Shown: one piece after another, positions 32,105 through 43,237 of the stretch
Layout of the letters: each line of letters opens with the position of its first letter
How positions within the stretch are numbered: position 1 is the stretch's first letter
From: Gammaproteobacteria bacterium
GTDB lineage: Bacteria > Pseudomonadota > Gammaproteobacteria > JBCCGL01
Direction: 5' to 3'
Length of the DNA: 64,000 bases
NCBI GenBank assembly: GCA_965277715.1
Contig: OZ255836.1
Coordinates: 3,968,001-4,032,000, forward strand
Translations under genes and position numbers: made by a program
Notes under the pieces: model-generated
Databases searched by the model: none
What the model saw: only the letters and a program-made list of their open reading frames with translations
What the model was told of the DNA's origin: nothing

Positions 32105-32569
32105 TTGCCCAAAACGCCGCCAGCGCCACTGCCATTTTGGCAGCGCAAGACACTGGCAGAGATGGATGTGCACGAATGGGAGTCGCTCTGCGACGGGTGC
32201 GCCCGTTGTTGCATGGTAAAACTGGAAGACGAATCGACACAGGCAGTGCACTACACACGGATAGCCTGCCGTTTGCTGGACACCACAACGTGTCGTTGCA
32301 GGGATTACCCAAAGCGCAGTGAAAAAGTGCCGGACTGTATGCAGGTACACGCACAAATGGGCGAGCAGTTTAACTGGTTGCCAGACAGTTGTGCCTACCG
32401 ACGCCTGCACGAGGGGCGCGATTTACCTGATTGGCATCCGCTGCTGAGTAAAACCCCTAACGGTGTGCATACCCAGGGTATTTCTATGCGGGGGCGGTGT
32501 GTTTCCGAAGACAATGTGCATCCATCACTGTATGCTGAACAATGTATAACATTCGATAGTGTAGACTGA
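32105..32569 (+). CDS. ycgN: YcgN/UPF0260 cysteine cluster protein
   Basis: FWQRKTL..EWESLCDGCARCC, WLPDSCAYR, WHPL. Confidence 0.92.
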   Translation: MPKTPPAPLPFWQRKTLAEMDVHEWESLCDGCARCCMVKLEDESTQAVHYTRIACRLLDTTTCRCRDYPKRSEKVPDCMQVHAQMGEQFNWLPDSCAYRRLHEGRDLPDWHPLLSKTPNGVHTQGISMRGRCVSEDNVHPSLYAEQCITFDSVD

Positions 32570-32683
32570 TAACATAGATGGCGCGCTATTTGCTACCGCT
32601 AAAGTAAAGCGGTAGATTATCAACATATGTCAGTGTTCTGACGAGCTAAGCAAAAACAATCTGCATCTTAAGGTGGGAAAATA

Positions 32684-33154
32684 ATGGGTCAAGTGGTCGA
32701 ACTGTCGCAAGAAAATGAGCGGCGCCAGCGAGTAGCACACACCATAGAAGAGTTGCTTGCGGAACGCCAGCAGGTGTTCGTCAATTTTTGTGGTTTGGCG
32801 GGCGTGAGTTCTTTCGATAAACGACGGGATGAGGAACACCAGGTAAAACCTGGCGAGCTACAGTCTTTCTGCCAGATACTGGTGGATTATATTGCTCTGG
32901 GCCACTTTGAAATCTACCAGCGTATTATCGAAGGCAAAGAAAGGCGCTCGGTTGTCAGGAAAGTCGCCGAAGACGTCTACCCCGCGATTGTGGAAACCAC
33001 CGATCACCTTGTCGATTTCAACGATAAGTACGATGGCTTTGACGACGAGGATGCCGATCAACTGGTTAACGATCTGTCGCGTATAGGGGAGGTACTCGCG
33101 GTGCGCGGTGAGCTGGAAGACCGCTTACTGACAGCCATGCGCCCGATTGTTTGA
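32684..33154 (+). CDS. rsd: Rsd/AlgQ anti-sigma70 factor
   Basis: LAERQ, FCQILVDYIALGHFEIY, FNDKYD, RGELED. Confidence 0.88.
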   Translation: MGQVVELSQENERRQRVAHTIEELLAERQQVFVNFCGLAGVSSFDKRRDEEHQVKPGELQSFCQILVDYIALGHFEIYQRIIEGKERRSVVRKVAEDVYPAIVETTDHLVDFNDKYDGFDDEDADQLVNDLSRIGEVLAVRGELEDRLLTAMRPIV

Positions 33155-33160
33155 TGATCA

Positions 33161-33266
33161 GGAGCCTGTCGGATTCAGGACAGCCCTACTGCGCAAAAGC
33201 CGGTTCGGCCCTTTTTTACGCCCCCTTTTTTGCATCACCCCGTCAAATAGAACCACTGTGTTCCTC
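33161..33266. repeat. Dispersed repeat/MITE remnant beginning GGAGCCTGTCGG
   Basis: Same end in reverse at 14995-15014 and degenerate at ~37692. Confidence 0.45.
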
Positions 33267-33473
33267 TAAAATAGCATTATAAAGAAGATGGCTAATCTGT
33301 TTTTTAGACTAAACTCCTTAGTACGTAAATAAACTAATGTTAACGAATGGTTTGCCGATAAAACTGAATACACGTGTTTTTAGTGTTTACCTTTATTGCC
33401 AGTTAACCTGTCGGAAAACAGTGTTAATACGCACTACTGAAGCGGTGTACCTTATCGCATTCACTGTTGGATA

Positions 33474-35462
33474 TTGATGGCTAATCTATCTCATAATACG
33501 GTTCCGTTAGACTTGACTGATCGCGCATTGGCGATGGGTGCCCGTCCAATCGATACTCTACCCCACAATAAAGATGGTATAGACAAGCAGCTACTGGCGT
33601 TGGATGCGCTCGCAAAACTGAGTAAAGTCCATCGCCGGGATAGCCGCTATGGCCGCACCGATGAAGTATTGCGCACCATTCGACAATGCCTTTCACCTCT
33701 ACTGACGATTGAGTGTTGTGGTTTGTTCACCCTGGAAGGTGATGATGCATTTACCTTGGCGGCACAATGGCCAGTGCACTCCGATGAGCTGCAAAAAGCC
33801 AACGAATTACAAGAGGAAGTGGATGAATTGATCCTGAGAGGTGATTTCACCTGGTCGGTCAATCGCAGCCAGCCAAAAGTCATCGTATCCTCTCTCAGTG
33901 GCCGCACACTGATGTTGAGCCTGCTGACAACGCGCAAGCAAGTACAGGGTTTGTTTGTAGCCGCAGTAAAGAACGCCTTGTCGATGACTGAGCTTATTGG
34001 CAAAACGATTATTGTGGTAATGAATAATTGCGCTTACGCCATAGAAAATGCCGCACTGTATTCGATTGTCAGCGGCCAGCGGGATAACCTTAAGCTGCTG
34101 GTGAAACACCGCACCAGAGAGTTAAAGTTTACGTCCAAACACGATTTGCTGACGGGGCTGCGCAACCGCAGTGAACTCCTGTGCCGACTTGAGGAAAAAA
34201 TTCTCTCCGCCCCTACCAATACCTTTGCCTTTATGCACCTCGATATCGATGGTCTGGCACGGGTTAATGTGGCGTATAGCTATAAAGTCGGTGACCGCTT
34301 GCTGGTCGAGGTCGCTTCCCGCTTGCGCCGTTTTTTCAAACAAGTGTGTGATCGACAAACGGTTGATGTGCTGTGGTCGGATATCACGGTAGCACGGTTG
34401 GGTGCCGATGAGTTCGGTGTGCTGTTTCCCTTGCTTGAATCAATGGATGCCGATCAGCTTGAGCCGTTGACCACCGATTTACTCAATGCGTTAAACCGCC
34501 ATTATCGGGTGGATGATGAGCAGATTCGCATTAGCTTTCGTATCGGTGCCTGCTTGTTTCCACAGCATGGAGACGACCCCAAAGCCCTGATGATGCGCTC
34601 TGAAGTGGCATTGCACCAGGCCAAACGGTCGGGGATGCGCTACCAGTTGTACAATGTAGGCTTACAGGATCTGCGCGGTTCCAAAAGCCTCTCACTCGAA
34701 GGTGAGCTGGCGCAGGCGATTGATAAAGAAGAGTTATTTGTTTGCTATCAACCCAAGGTTGACCTGCTCTCTGGAGACGTTGTCGGTGCTGAGGCTTTGC
34801 TGCGTTGGCAACACCCCAAACGTGGACTGATTTCACCGGATGAATTTATTCCGGTGGCGGAAAACAGTGGCTTGATTCAACCCATTGGCGAATGGGTGTT
34901 TAACCACGTCTGCCAACAACTGCGTAGCTGGCAACAACAGGGGCATGCAATAAAAAAGTACTCGGTTAATTTGTCTCAAATGCAAATGCAGCAAAATAAC
35001 CTGGTCAATGTGTTTGCCGATACGCTGGATTGCCAATCGGTGCCTGCCAACTGGCTTGAGTTTGAGGTCACTGAAACCTCGTTAACCCACGATATAGATG
35101 CCGCAACCCGTGTGTTGGGTGAATTGCACGATTTGGGTTTTGCCGTGTCGATGGACGATTTTGGCACGGGCCATTCATCACTCACGCTGCTAAAAAAATT
35201 CCCACTGGATACGATTAAAATTGACCAGTCATTTGTACGCGATTTAACCAGTGATCCAGACGATGCCGCCATTGTGAATGCGGTCGTTACCATGGCAAAT
35301 AATTTGCGTTTACGGGTGGTGGCAGAAGGTGTCGAAACACGCGATCAACTGCATTTTCTGCGCGCAATGGGGTGCCATGAAGTGCAGGGTTACTACACCG
35401 GGCGGCCAGCGGTTGCCGATGATTTTATTAAACTGTGCAGTGATTGGCGGGGCTTTCGCTAA
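33474..35462 (+). CDS. GGDEF(degenerate)-EAL protein, likely c-di-GMP phosphodiesterase
   Basis: ARLGADEF; YQPK, EALLRW, EVTET, DDFGTGHSSL, KIDQSF, AEGVE, QGYY. Confidence 0.9.
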   Translation: MMANLSHNTVPLDLTDRALAMGARPIDTLPHNKDGIDKQLLALDALAKLSKVHRRDSRYGRTDEVLRTIRQCLSPLLTIECCGLFTLEGDDAFTLAAQWPVHSDELQKANELQEEVDELILRGDFTWSVNRSQPKVIVSSLSGRTLMLSLLTTRKQVQGLFVAAVKNALSMTELIGKTIIVVMNNCAYAIENAALYSIVSGQRDNLKLLVKHRTRELKFTSKHDLLTGLRNRSELLCRLEEKILSAPTNTFAFMHLDIDGLARVNVAYSYKVGDRLLVEVASRLRRFFKQVCDRQTVDVLWSDITVARLGADEFGVLFPLLESMDADQLEPLTTDLLNALNRHYRVDDEQIRISFRIGACLFPQHGDDPKALMMRSEVALHQAKRSGMRYQLYNVGLQDLRGSKSLSLEGELAQAIDKEELFVCYQPKVDLLSGDVVGAEALLRWQHPKRGLISPDEFIPVAENSGLIQPIGEWVFNHVCQQLRSWQQQGHAIKKYSVNLSQMQMQQNNLVNVFADTLDCQSVPANWLEFEVTETSLTHDIDAATRVLGELHDLGFAVSMDDFGTGHSSLTLLKKFPLDTIKIDQSFVRDLTSDPDDAAIVNAVVTMANNLRLRVVAEGVETRDQLHFLRAMGCHEVQGYYTGRPAVADDFIKLCSDWRGFR

Positions 35463-35550
35463 AAGGCGCAGTTGAACCTCCAGGCTTGAATGGTAAGATA
35501 CACACCGTTCAATTCCGCACCCAGCGGAATACAATACGCTGGAATTCTGC

Positions 35551-36366
35551 ATGCTTCAACACCCCCAAATTGACCCTGTTGCCATCAGTATCGGGCCGCT
35601 GAACATACACTGGTATGGCCTTATGTACCTGATGGCATTTGCCGCGTGCTGGTATGCAATGCATTACCGTGCAAAAAAACCAGGTTCTGGATGGACAGCG
35701 GAAATGGTCTCAGATTTACTGTTCTACGTAGCCTTGGGCGTGGTATTGGGTGGGCGCGTGGGTTACGTTGTATTTTACAATTTTCCGGAGTTTGCCGATA
35801 ACCCACTGGTTTTATTTAAAGTGTGGCAGGGAGGAATGTCGTTTCACGGTGGCTTATTGGGTGTGATCGTCAGCATGATTTTGTTTGGGCGCAAGACCGG
35901 CAAAGGGTTTTTTGTCATAGCCGATGCGATTGCCCCTGTGGTGCCGCTGGGCCTGGGGTGTGGTCGCTTTGGCAATTTCATCAATGGCGAGTTGTGGGGG
36001 CGGGTGACGGATGTGCCGTGGGGAATGGTATTTGCCGGTGCCGGTTCAGCACCGAGGCACCCTTCGCAACTCTATCAATTTATGCTTGAGGGTGTGGCGC
36101 TATTCTTGATTTTATGGGTCTTCTCCAGCCGTCCAAAGCCTGTTATGTCAGTCTGTGGTTTGTTTTTAGCCCTGTACGGTATTTTTCGTTTTACCGTCGA
36201 ATTTGTACGCCAACCCGATGAACACCTTGGTTTTATCGCATTTGGCTGGTTAACCATGGGGCAATTATTGACAGTGCCAATGGTACTACTCGGTGCCTTT
36301 CTGGTTTTTATCGCCTATCGTCAGGCAGGTCAGCGAGCCAATAATCAGAGCCGGGCAGGCGTATGA
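35551..36366 (+). CDS. lgt: Prolipoprotein diacylglyceryl transferase
   Basis: [34 protein letters not shown]. Confidence 0.97.
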   Translation: MLQHPQIDPVAISIGPLNIHWYGLMYLMAFAACWYAMHYRAKKPGSGWTAEMVSDLLFYVALGVVLGGRVGYVVFYNFPEFADNPLVLFKVWQGGMSFHGGLLGVIVSMILFGRKTGKGFFVIADAIAPVVPLGLGCGRFGNFINGELWGRVTDVPWGMVFAGAGSAPRHPSQLYQFMLEGVALFLILWVFSSRPKPVMSVCGLFLALYGIFRFTVEFVRQPDEHLGFIAFGWLTMGQLLTVPMVLLGAFLVFIAYRQAGQRANNQSRAGV

Positions 36367-37157
36367 AACAATACCTGGATCTGATGCGCCATGTGCGCGA
36401 CCAGGGAGTGGATAAGCCCGACCGTACCGGCACTGGCATTCGCTCGGTATTTGGCTACCAGATGCGCTTTGATCTGGCGGCGGGCTTTCCGCTGGTTACC
36501 ACTAAAAAACTGCATGTAAAATCGATCATCCACGAGTTGCTATGGTTTCTTCAGGGCAGCACGAATGTGGCTTATTTGCGCGACAACGGCGTTTCCATCT
36601 GGAACGATTGGGCGGATGAACAAGGCGAGCTGGGGCCGGTTTATGGTGCGCAGTGGCGATCCTGGTCCACGCCGGATGGCCAACACATCGACCAGATCAA
36701 ACAGATACTCAAACAATTGACCCATGATCCACATTCCAGGCGTATTATCGTTAGCGCCTGGAATGTGGCTGAAATTGACACGATGGCATTGCCGCCGTGC
36801 CACGCTTTTTTTCAGTTCTATGTGGCCGAGGGGAGGTTATCCTGCCAACTGTATCAACGCAGTGCCGATATTTTTCTGGGTGTACCTTTTAATATTGCCT
36901 CTTACGCACTATTGACGATGATGATTGCCCAGGTTTGTCGCCTGCGTCCTGGTGAGTTTATTCACACCCTGGGGGATGCGCATTTGTATAACAACCATTT
37001 ACAGCAGGTTGAGCAGCAGCTTGAGCGCGCACCTCATCAATTGCCTCAGATGCAACTCAATACACAGATCGACGATTTGTTTGCATTTCATTACGACGAT
37101 TTCACATTGGTCGATTACCAGTCACACCCGCATATTGCCGCCCCGGTGGCGGTGTAG
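36363..37157 (+). CDS. thyA: Thymidylate synthase
   Basis: [38 protein letters not shown]. Confidence 0.98.
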   Translation: MKQYLDLMRHVRDQGVDKPDRTGTGIRSVFGYQMRFDLAAGFPLVTTKKLHVKSIIHELLWFLQGSTNVAYLRDNGVSIWNDWADEQGELGPVYGAQWRSWSTPDGQHIDQIKQILKQLTHDPHSRRIIVSAWNVAEIDTMALPPCHAFFQFYVAEGRLSCQLYQRSADIFLGVPFNIASYALLTMMIAQVCRLRPGEFIHTLGDAHLYNNHLQQVEQQLERAPHQLPQMQLNTQIDDLFAFHYDDFTLVDYQSHPHIAAPVAV

Positions 37158-37181
37158 CGATCGACCTAAACGGTTTTTAAA

Positions 37182-37691
37182 ATGAAAGTTGCGATGGTAA
37201 TGGCGGTGGATCGCAATCGATTGATTGGCCGACACGGCGGTTTGCCCTGGTGTATTTCTGCTGACCTCAAGTACTTTAAAAAAGTCACCATGAATAAGCC
37301 GATTATTATGGGGCGTAAAACCTGGGATTCGATTGGCCGACCACTGCCTGGTCGAACTAATATTGTGGTGACCCGCAATACAGACTGGCAGGCACAGGGC
37401 TGCCTGGTGGCGTCTGATTTGGATGGCGCATTGGCCATCGCCTCGGCACACCTTGGCACAGCAGGCGAGTGTGCCATTATCGGCGGCGCCATGTTGTGTG
37501 AGCAGGCGATGCCGAAAACCGACCGTTTGTACCTGACCACAATTGACCATGTGTTTACAGGTGATACCTGGCTGAACAGCTACCATGCCGAAGATTGGCA
37601 GTTGATGGAACGTACTGAAATGGCCGTGGGGGAGGGCAGTGATTATGCGTTATCGTTTGATGTGCTGGAGCGTATAGGCCGCAAAACCTAA
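37182..37691 (+). CDS. folA: Dihydrofolate reductase
   Basis: LPW, DLKYFK, IMGRKTWDSIGRPLPGRTNIV. Confidence 0.96.
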   Translation: MKVAMVMAVDRNRLIGRHGGLPWCISADLKYFKKVTMNKPIIMGRKTWDSIGRPLPGRTNIVVTRNTDWQAQGCLVASDLDGALAIASAHLGTAGECAIIGGAMLCEQAMPKTDRLYLTTIDHVFTGDTWLNSYHAEDWQLMERTEMAVGEGSDYALSFDVLERIGRKT

Positions 37692-37908
37692 GATCCTGTC
37701 GGATCTCTCACAACGGAATCCTTGCCATTCACTGGTCGTTGTCGTCTAATCAGTTTGAAATTGGAGAGACGATGGCTTTCCTATAGGGGAGCCTGCACTT
37801 CGTTGGTTCATGCCCGTGCCGGGCGCACAAATCAAATTTTTGCTGCGCGCCAGTTTGCCAGGTATGGGGGTTGTTTGTAATTAAAATACTACATATGAGG
37901 AATAAATT

Positions 37909-38139
37909 ATGTCAGACCAGTGGTTGACAGGCCTAACAACAGATAACGCCCAGCAAGGCTATGAGCTGGCAATAAAACTATCCAGAATGGGGGTGAAATA
38001 CACCCAGCCGTCAGATGAAATCAGAGAAAGGTTACGGCCCGTTTATGGCGAAAATGCTGATAGCCTGATAGCGTCTTCACAGGTGATTGCCATCAATTTT
38101 CAAACGGTAGCAGCAGCAAATAATTATTGGTCGGATTAA
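37909..38139 (+). CDS. Hexameric tyrosine-coordinated heme protein (HTHP)
   Basis: WL..L.T...QQGYELAIKLSR..VK.TQP, LRPVY, FQTVAAANNYW. Confidence 0.88.
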   Translation: MSDQWLTGLTTDNAQQGYELAIKLSRMGVKYTQPSDEIRERLRPVYGENADSLIASSQVIAINFQTVAAANNYWSD

Positions 38140-38292
38140 ACCCACAGCAAAACCCGCCAGCAGGGGGCAGCAAAGCGCTACTCCTGTGCCAGGTCGTCAA
38201 TCATGCAGATGCCGCTATGCACAATGATTTAACTTTGACTTGATACCACCAAATTTGTCACTATCCACGCTTTTCGTGAACAGGGCAATGAC

Positions 38293-39084
38293 ATGCCGGT
38301 AGTCAATATCGACGTCGACGCGGCGGTGGCGCGTATCACGCTCAATCGCCCCGATTCGCTGAATGCATTGAATACCGAACTGGCCCATGCGCTATACCAA
38401 TGCCTGGTGGGTATTGCCGACCGCGATGATATCCGCTGTGTCGTACTGAGCGGCACAGGTGGGCATTTTATGGCCGGTGGCGATATTGCGTATTTTGACC
38501 AGTTGCTCAAAGCGGGTGGTGATGTTGCCGCCCAGGCTGGCGTATTGCTAGACGATGTACACGGCATTATTAAAACCCTGCGCGCTATGCCACAACCGGT
38601 GGTGGCAGCCGTGCAGGGCGCCTGCGCAGGCTTTGGTGTCAGCTTGATGTGTGCCTGTGATCTGGCGATAGCCGACGAGGGCAGTGTGTTTACCCTGGCC
38701 TACTGCCACTTAGGCGTGAACCCGGACGGTGGCAGCACCTGGTCGTTGCCGCGCATGGTCGGCATGAAGCGCGCCTCCGAATTGCTGTTGCTGGGTGATC
38801 GATTCGACGCCAGCGCCGCGCAGCAGATGGGCCTGATCAATCGCACTGTATCCGCTGAACTATTTGCCCGGGAAGTCGACAAACTCGCCGCCCGGCTGGC
38901 AGCGGGGCCAGCCAGGGCCAATGCCCGGGGTAAACAACTGTTACAGCAATCGCTTCAGACCTCACTCGAAGAACAGCTCAGCGCCGAGCAGGCCAACTTT
39001 CTCCTGTGCACCGCCGAACCGGCGTTTGCCGAGGGCGTTCAGGCGTTTATGGAAAAACGCAAACCCGATTTTCGCGGCAAATAG
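38293..39084 (+). CDS. Enoyl-CoA hydratase/isomerase (PaaG-like)
   Basis: ITLNRPDSLNAL, AGGDI, GACAGFG, PDGGSTWSLPRMVG. Confidence 0.9.
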   Translation: MPVVNIDVDAAVARITLNRPDSLNALNTELAHALYQCLVGIADRDDIRCVVLSGTGGHFMAGGDIAYFDQLLKAGGDVAAQAGVLLDDVHGIIKTLRAMPQPVVAAVQGACAGFGVSLMCACDLAIADEGSVFTLAYCHLGVNPDGGSTWSLPRMVGMKRASELLLLGDRFDASAAQQMGLINRTVSAELFAREVDKLAARLAAGPARANARGKQLLQQSLQTSLEEQLSAEQANFLLCTAEPAFAEGVQAFMEKRKPDFRGK

Positions 39085-39093
39085 GGGTAAACC

Positions 39094-39381
39094 ATGACCA
39101 ATCGGCCCAGCGCATCACCCTCGATACAGGTAGAAAACGAACGGGTTATCGTCACCGAGTGGGATTTTGCGCCGGGTGCCGAAACCGACTGGCACCGACA
39201 CCAGCACGATTATGTGGTAGTACCTCAGCTCGATGGGCAATTGCTGATAGAAGACACGCAGGGCGAGCGGGTAGCCGATCTCACCTCGGGTGTTTCCTAT
39301 TATCGACCGGCGGGTGTGGAACACAATGTGATAAATAATAACGATTACGACTACCGCTTTGTAGAGATAGAGCTTAAGTGA
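39094..39381 (+). CDS. Cupin domain protein
   Basis: WHRHQHDYVVVP, GVEHNVIN, FVEIELK. Confidence 0.85.
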   Translation: MTNRPSASPSIQVENERVIVTEWDFAPGAETDWHRHQHDYVVVPQLDGQLLIEDTQGERVADLTSGVSYYRPAGVEHNVINNNDYDYRFVEIELK

Positions 39382-39418
39382 ATATCTTAAGTGGACACAC
39401 GCTTCTGGAGCGACTGCA

Positions 39419-40411
39419 ATGACCCAACTAAAAGGCATATTCGCCGCGATGTGTACCCCTTTCGATGACAGCGGTGAACATATCGACGAAGGTCGCTATC
39501 TCGAACATATCGACGACATGATCGAGGCGGGCCTGCACGGGCTGGTGCTGTGCTCCGGCACGGGTGAATACGCCTACCTGCGCGATGAAGAGAAACGCCG
39601 CTTGATCGAGCTGGGCGCGAAACACGTCAATGGGCGCGTCCCCACTGTCGCCCAGACTACGGCGCTGAGTACGGCCGATTGCGTGGAAAAATCGCGCCGC
39701 GCCGAAGACGCCGGGGCTTCCGCCGTGATGGTCTTGCCGCCCTTTTTAGAGGCACCCGGCGAGGCTGGCATCATTTATCACTACGAGGCGATCGCCAGGG
39801 CAGTGCGTATTCCAGTGGTGATGTATAACGTGCCAGAGCAATCCTGCGTGACCATCACCCCGGCGCTCTACCGCAAACTCATCGCCATCGAAAACCTCGA
39901 CTACATCAAAGACAGTTCGGCGGATTTTATCGCCGTGCAGAAACTGATCGCGGTCGGCGGCAGCGTGCTGTGTGGCATCGACGCGCTGGCGCCGTACTCG
40001 CTGATGGCCGGTTGCGTGGGCATGATCTGGGGCGCGGCAAACTTTATGCCACACGAATGCGCCAAACTCTACGATCTGATCGAGGCGAAACAGTATGCCG
40101 AAGCGCTGGAATTGTGGGCGACCATGAGCGCCATTTCACTGTGGTTTGGGGGCAACGATTTCGATGTCGACTATCTGACGGGCGTCAAGGCCGCGACACG
40201 TTTGTCGGGGCGTGACATGGGGCCTTGCCGCAAGCCGTTACCACCCGTGCCAGGGCCTGCCCGGCAGGCGATACGCATGGGTATGGCGGGGCTACCCTGC
40301 AACTCGCCCGGCAACGACCGGCTGGTGTGGCGCGATTGGCAGGAGGCGCGTGATTGGCTGGTGCAGTCCTATCTCAGACGACAGCACCCAAATAGCGGAG
40401 AAGGGCAATGA
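39419..40411 (+). CDS. DapA/NAL-family class I aldolase/deaminase
   Basis: MCTPF, SGTGEY, MYNVP, YIKDSS (Schiff-base Lys). Confidence 0.88.
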   Translation: MTQLKGIFAAMCTPFDDSGEHIDEGRYLEHIDDMIEAGLHGLVLCSGTGEYAYLRDEEKRRLIELGAKHVNGRVPTVAQTTALSTADCVEKSRRAEDAGASAVMVLPPFLEAPGEAGIIYHYEAIARAVRIPVVMYNVPEQSCVTITPALYRKLIAIENLDYIKDSSADFIAVQKLIAVGGSVLCGIDALAPYSLMAGCVGMIWGAANFMPHECAKLYDLIEAKQYAEALELWATMSAISLWFGGNDFDVDYLTGVKAATRLSGRDMGPCRKPLPPVPGPARQAIRMGMAGLPCNSPGNDRLVWRDWQEARDWLVQSYLRRQHPNSGEGQ

Positions 40412-41892
40412 CTAACAACAAAGTGGCCACACCACCGGTGGCATTTTCCACTCACTGTATTATCGGTGGGCGCGGCGCGCCCGCTCAGAGTGGTGAAACC
40501 TTCACTACACTGAACCCCGCCAATGGCGAGGTGCTCGCCGAGGTTGCTAAAGGCGACGAGGCCGATGTCGACCTGGCCGTGCGTGCTGCCCGCCGTGCTT
40601 TTGATGAGGGGCCGTGGCCGAGGCTATCGCCCGCCGAACGCAAAGCGGCGATGCTGCGCTTTGCCACGGTAGTCGAAGCCAACCTCGACGAATTGGCAAT
40701 GATGGAAGCGCTGGAGGCCGGTAAGCCAATCAGCGACTGCATGGCCATCGACTTGCCCGATACTATCAACACCCTGCGTTGGCACGCCGAGGCTGCCGAC
40801 AAGCTCTATGATCAGTTATCGCCGTCTGGCCCCTCAGTGGTGTCGATGATTGTGCGCGAGCCGGTTGGTGTGGTCGGTGCCATCCTGCCCTGGAATTTCC
40901 CGCTGATGATGGCGGCCTGGAAACTGGGGCCGATACTGGCGACGGGCAATACCGTTGTGCTAAAGCCCGCCGAGCAAACCTCACTGGCGACTATTCGACT
41001 GGCAGAGCTGGCGGTGGAAGCGGGCATTCCCGACGGTGTTATCAACGTGGTGCCCGGTTTTGGTGAAAGCGCTGGCCGGGCTATCGGCCTGCACCCCGGT
41101 GTGGATTGTGTTGCCTTTACCGGCTCGACCGACACCGGCCGCCTGTTTTTACGCTACGCTGCCGACTCCAACCTGAAACGCGTGCTGCTCGAATGCGGCG
41201 GTAAAAACCCGATGATCGTGATGGCCGATGCCGAGGATCTGGACACCGTTGCGGCGCATGCGACGAATGCCATTTTCTGGAATATGGGCGAGAACTGTTC
41301 GTCTAACTCGCGCTTATTGGTGCACGAATCCCGCAAAAACGCATTGCTGGAGCGGATTCTGGCGCGCAGCCATGACTGGGTAGTGGGCGACCCGATGGAC
41401 AGCGCGACCCGGGTGGGGCCGCTGATCGAACAGGCGCATTTCGACAAGGTGATGGCGCATATCGAAACCGCCCAGGCTGAGGGCGCCAGGCTACTGCGCG
41501 GTGGCAGACAAGTGCTGGGCGATAGCGGCGGCTACTATATCGAACCGACTGTTTTTGACCAGGTAAACCCCCACATGCGGCTGGCCTGCGAAGAGGTATT
41601 TGGGCCGGTGCTGGCCGTCTCCACCTTCAGCACGCCGGAGCAGGCGATTGCGATGGCCAATGATACCGACTATGGTTTGGCCGCCTCGGTGTTTACCGCC
41701 AATAACAAGACGGCGCACAATGCTGCACGTGCCATCCGCGCCGGTACAGTGGCGGTCAACTGCTATGGCGAGGGCGATATATCGACCCCGTTTGGCGGTT
41801 ACAAACAGTCGGGTTTTGGTGGGCGCGATAAGTCCCTGGCGGCGCACGATCAGTATTGTGAGTTAAAGACGATCTGGATGGACTTGTCCTGA
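40408..41892 (+). CDS. NAD-dependent aldehyde dehydrogenase (PuuC-like)
   Basis: LPWNFP, LKPAEQT, FTGST, LECGGK, GENCS, EEVFGP. Confidence 0.93.
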   Translation: MTNNKVATPPVAFSTHCIIGGRGAPAQSGETFTTLNPANGEVLAEVAKGDEADVDLAVRAARRAFDEGPWPRLSPAERKAAMLRFATVVEANLDELAMMEALEAGKPISDCMAIDLPDTINTLRWHAEAADKLYDQLSPSGPSVVSMIVREPVGVVGAILPWNFPLMMAAWKLGPILATGNTVVLKPAEQTSLATIRLAELAVEAGIPDGVINVVPGFGESAGRAIGLHPGVDCVAFTGSTDTGRLFLRYAADSNLKRVLLECGGKNPMIVMADAEDLDTVAAHATNAIFWNMGENCSSNSRLLVHESRKNALLERILARSHDWVVGDPMDSATRVGPLIEQAHFDKVMAHIETAQAEGARLLRGGRQVLGDSGGYYIEPTVFDQVNPHMRLACEEVFGPVLAVSTFSTPEQAIAMANDTDYGLAASVFTANNKTAHNAARAIRAGTVAVNCYGEGDISTPFGGYKQSGFGGRDKSLAAHDQYCELKTIWMDLS

Positions 41893-41910
41893 TAGTAGGC
41901 AAATGCCGCT

Positions 41911-43236
41911 ATGAAACTCGACATACTGCCCGCTAACGACAACAACAATGGCTGGCTACACCTGCTTGGTGAGTTACCGCCCCCCACCGTATTACAGACC
42001 GGGCAGCGCGCCGACTACGCCGTAGTTGGCGGCGGCTTTACCGGCCTGGCGGCGGCGCGGCGCCTCGCCGAACTGCGGCCCGATGCCTGCATCGTATTGA
42101 TCGACGCGGGCCGCATCGGCAACAACGCGGCGGGTCGCTGTTCCGGGTTTGCTATCGATCAGGCGCACAATATCCGCGCCAGTAGCTTTGCCGACGAAAT
42201 CGCGCACGAGAAACAACAGATCCAGCTCAACCGCGCCGGGCAGGCGGCACTGCAACAGGCCGTCGACGAACAGGCCATCGATTGCGATTGGCGCGACGAG
42301 GGCAAAATCCACGGCGCCGCTACGCCACGCGGTCGGCAACTGTTGCGGGACTTTGCCGGTAACCTCGATGCGCTGGGCGCAGACTACCAATTTCTCGATG
42401 CCGACGAGATGCAGGCGATTACCGGCCTATCGTTCTACCGCGAAGGTCTGTTCACGCCGGGCACCATGCAGATGCAGCCAGCGGCGTTGGTGCGCGGCCT
42501 GGTGGAGACACTGCCAGATAACGTCAGCGTCTACGAAAACAGCCCGGTACTCGAAGTCCACTACGCTGAGCGCGGCGAACCGCACACCCTGACGACAGCG
42601 ACCGGCAGCATCCGCGCCGACACCTTGATCCTGGCCAACAACAGCTTTGGCACCGCCTTCGGGTTCTATCAGCGGCACGTTATCCCACTGCCCACCTACG
42701 CCAGCATGACACGCGAGCTCAGCGATGCGGAACTCACCGCGTTAGGTGGGCGCGAGCGCTGGGGGATTATCCCCGCCCATCCATTCGGTTCCACCGTTCG
42801 GCGGTTGCCGCAAAAGCGCCTGCTAGTGCGCAATATCTACGCCTATTCACCGGGGCACAACCCCACCGAAGCACAGCGCCTGTGGGCGCGCAACAAACAC
42901 CGCCAGTCATTTCTGAACCGTTTTCCAATGCTGGCGCAGGTTGAATTTGAATATACCTGGGGGGGTACTCTGTGCTTGTCGGACAACGGTCAGCCCATTT
43001 TTGGCGAACTGCGCCCCGCTGTATTCGCCAGCCTGTGCCACAACGGTGTCGGCATCGCACGCGGCACTATTTGCGGTAAACTGATCGCCGAACACGCGTT
43101 GGGGCAAGATTCGGCGCTGCTCGATATCATGCGCGCTGCGGGCCGCCCCAACAAAACGTTACCGGCGTGGATGCTGCGCATCGGCGCCCCCATCAATCTG
43201 GCAAATCGCCGCCGTCAGGCGGGTTTGGAGTTATAA
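41911..43236 (+). CDS. FAD-dependent oxidoreductase (DadA/PuuB-like)
   Basis: VVGGGFTG, AAGRCSG, QPAALVRGL, HNGVGIARG. Confidence 0.88.
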   Translation: MKLDILPANDNNNGWLHLLGELPPPTVLQTGQRADYAVVGGGFTGLAAARRLAELRPDACIVLIDAGRIGNNAAGRCSGFAIDQAHNIRASSFADEIAHEKQQIQLNRAGQAALQQAVDEQAIDCDWRDEGKIHGAATPRGRQLLRDFAGNLDALGADYQFLDADEMQAITGLSFYREGLFTPGTMQMQPAALVRGLVETLPDNVSVYENSPVLEVHYAERGEPHTLTTATGSIRADTLILANNSFGTAFGFYQRHVIPLPTYASMTRELSDAELTALGGRERWGIIPAHPFGSTVRRLPQKRLLVRNIYAYSPGHNPTEAQRLWARNKHRQSFLNRFPMLAQVEFEYTWGGTLCLSDNGQPIFGELRPAVFASLCHNGVGIARGTICGKLIAEHALGQDSALLDIMRAAGRPNKTLPAWMLRIGAPINLANRRRQAGLEL

Positions 43237-43237
43237 G

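Noticed and set aside
33474-35462. Active diguanylate cyclase
   Set aside because: GADEF and an altered DxDxFK motif (DIDGLA) suggest a weak or inactive GGDEF domain; the EAL domain is intact.
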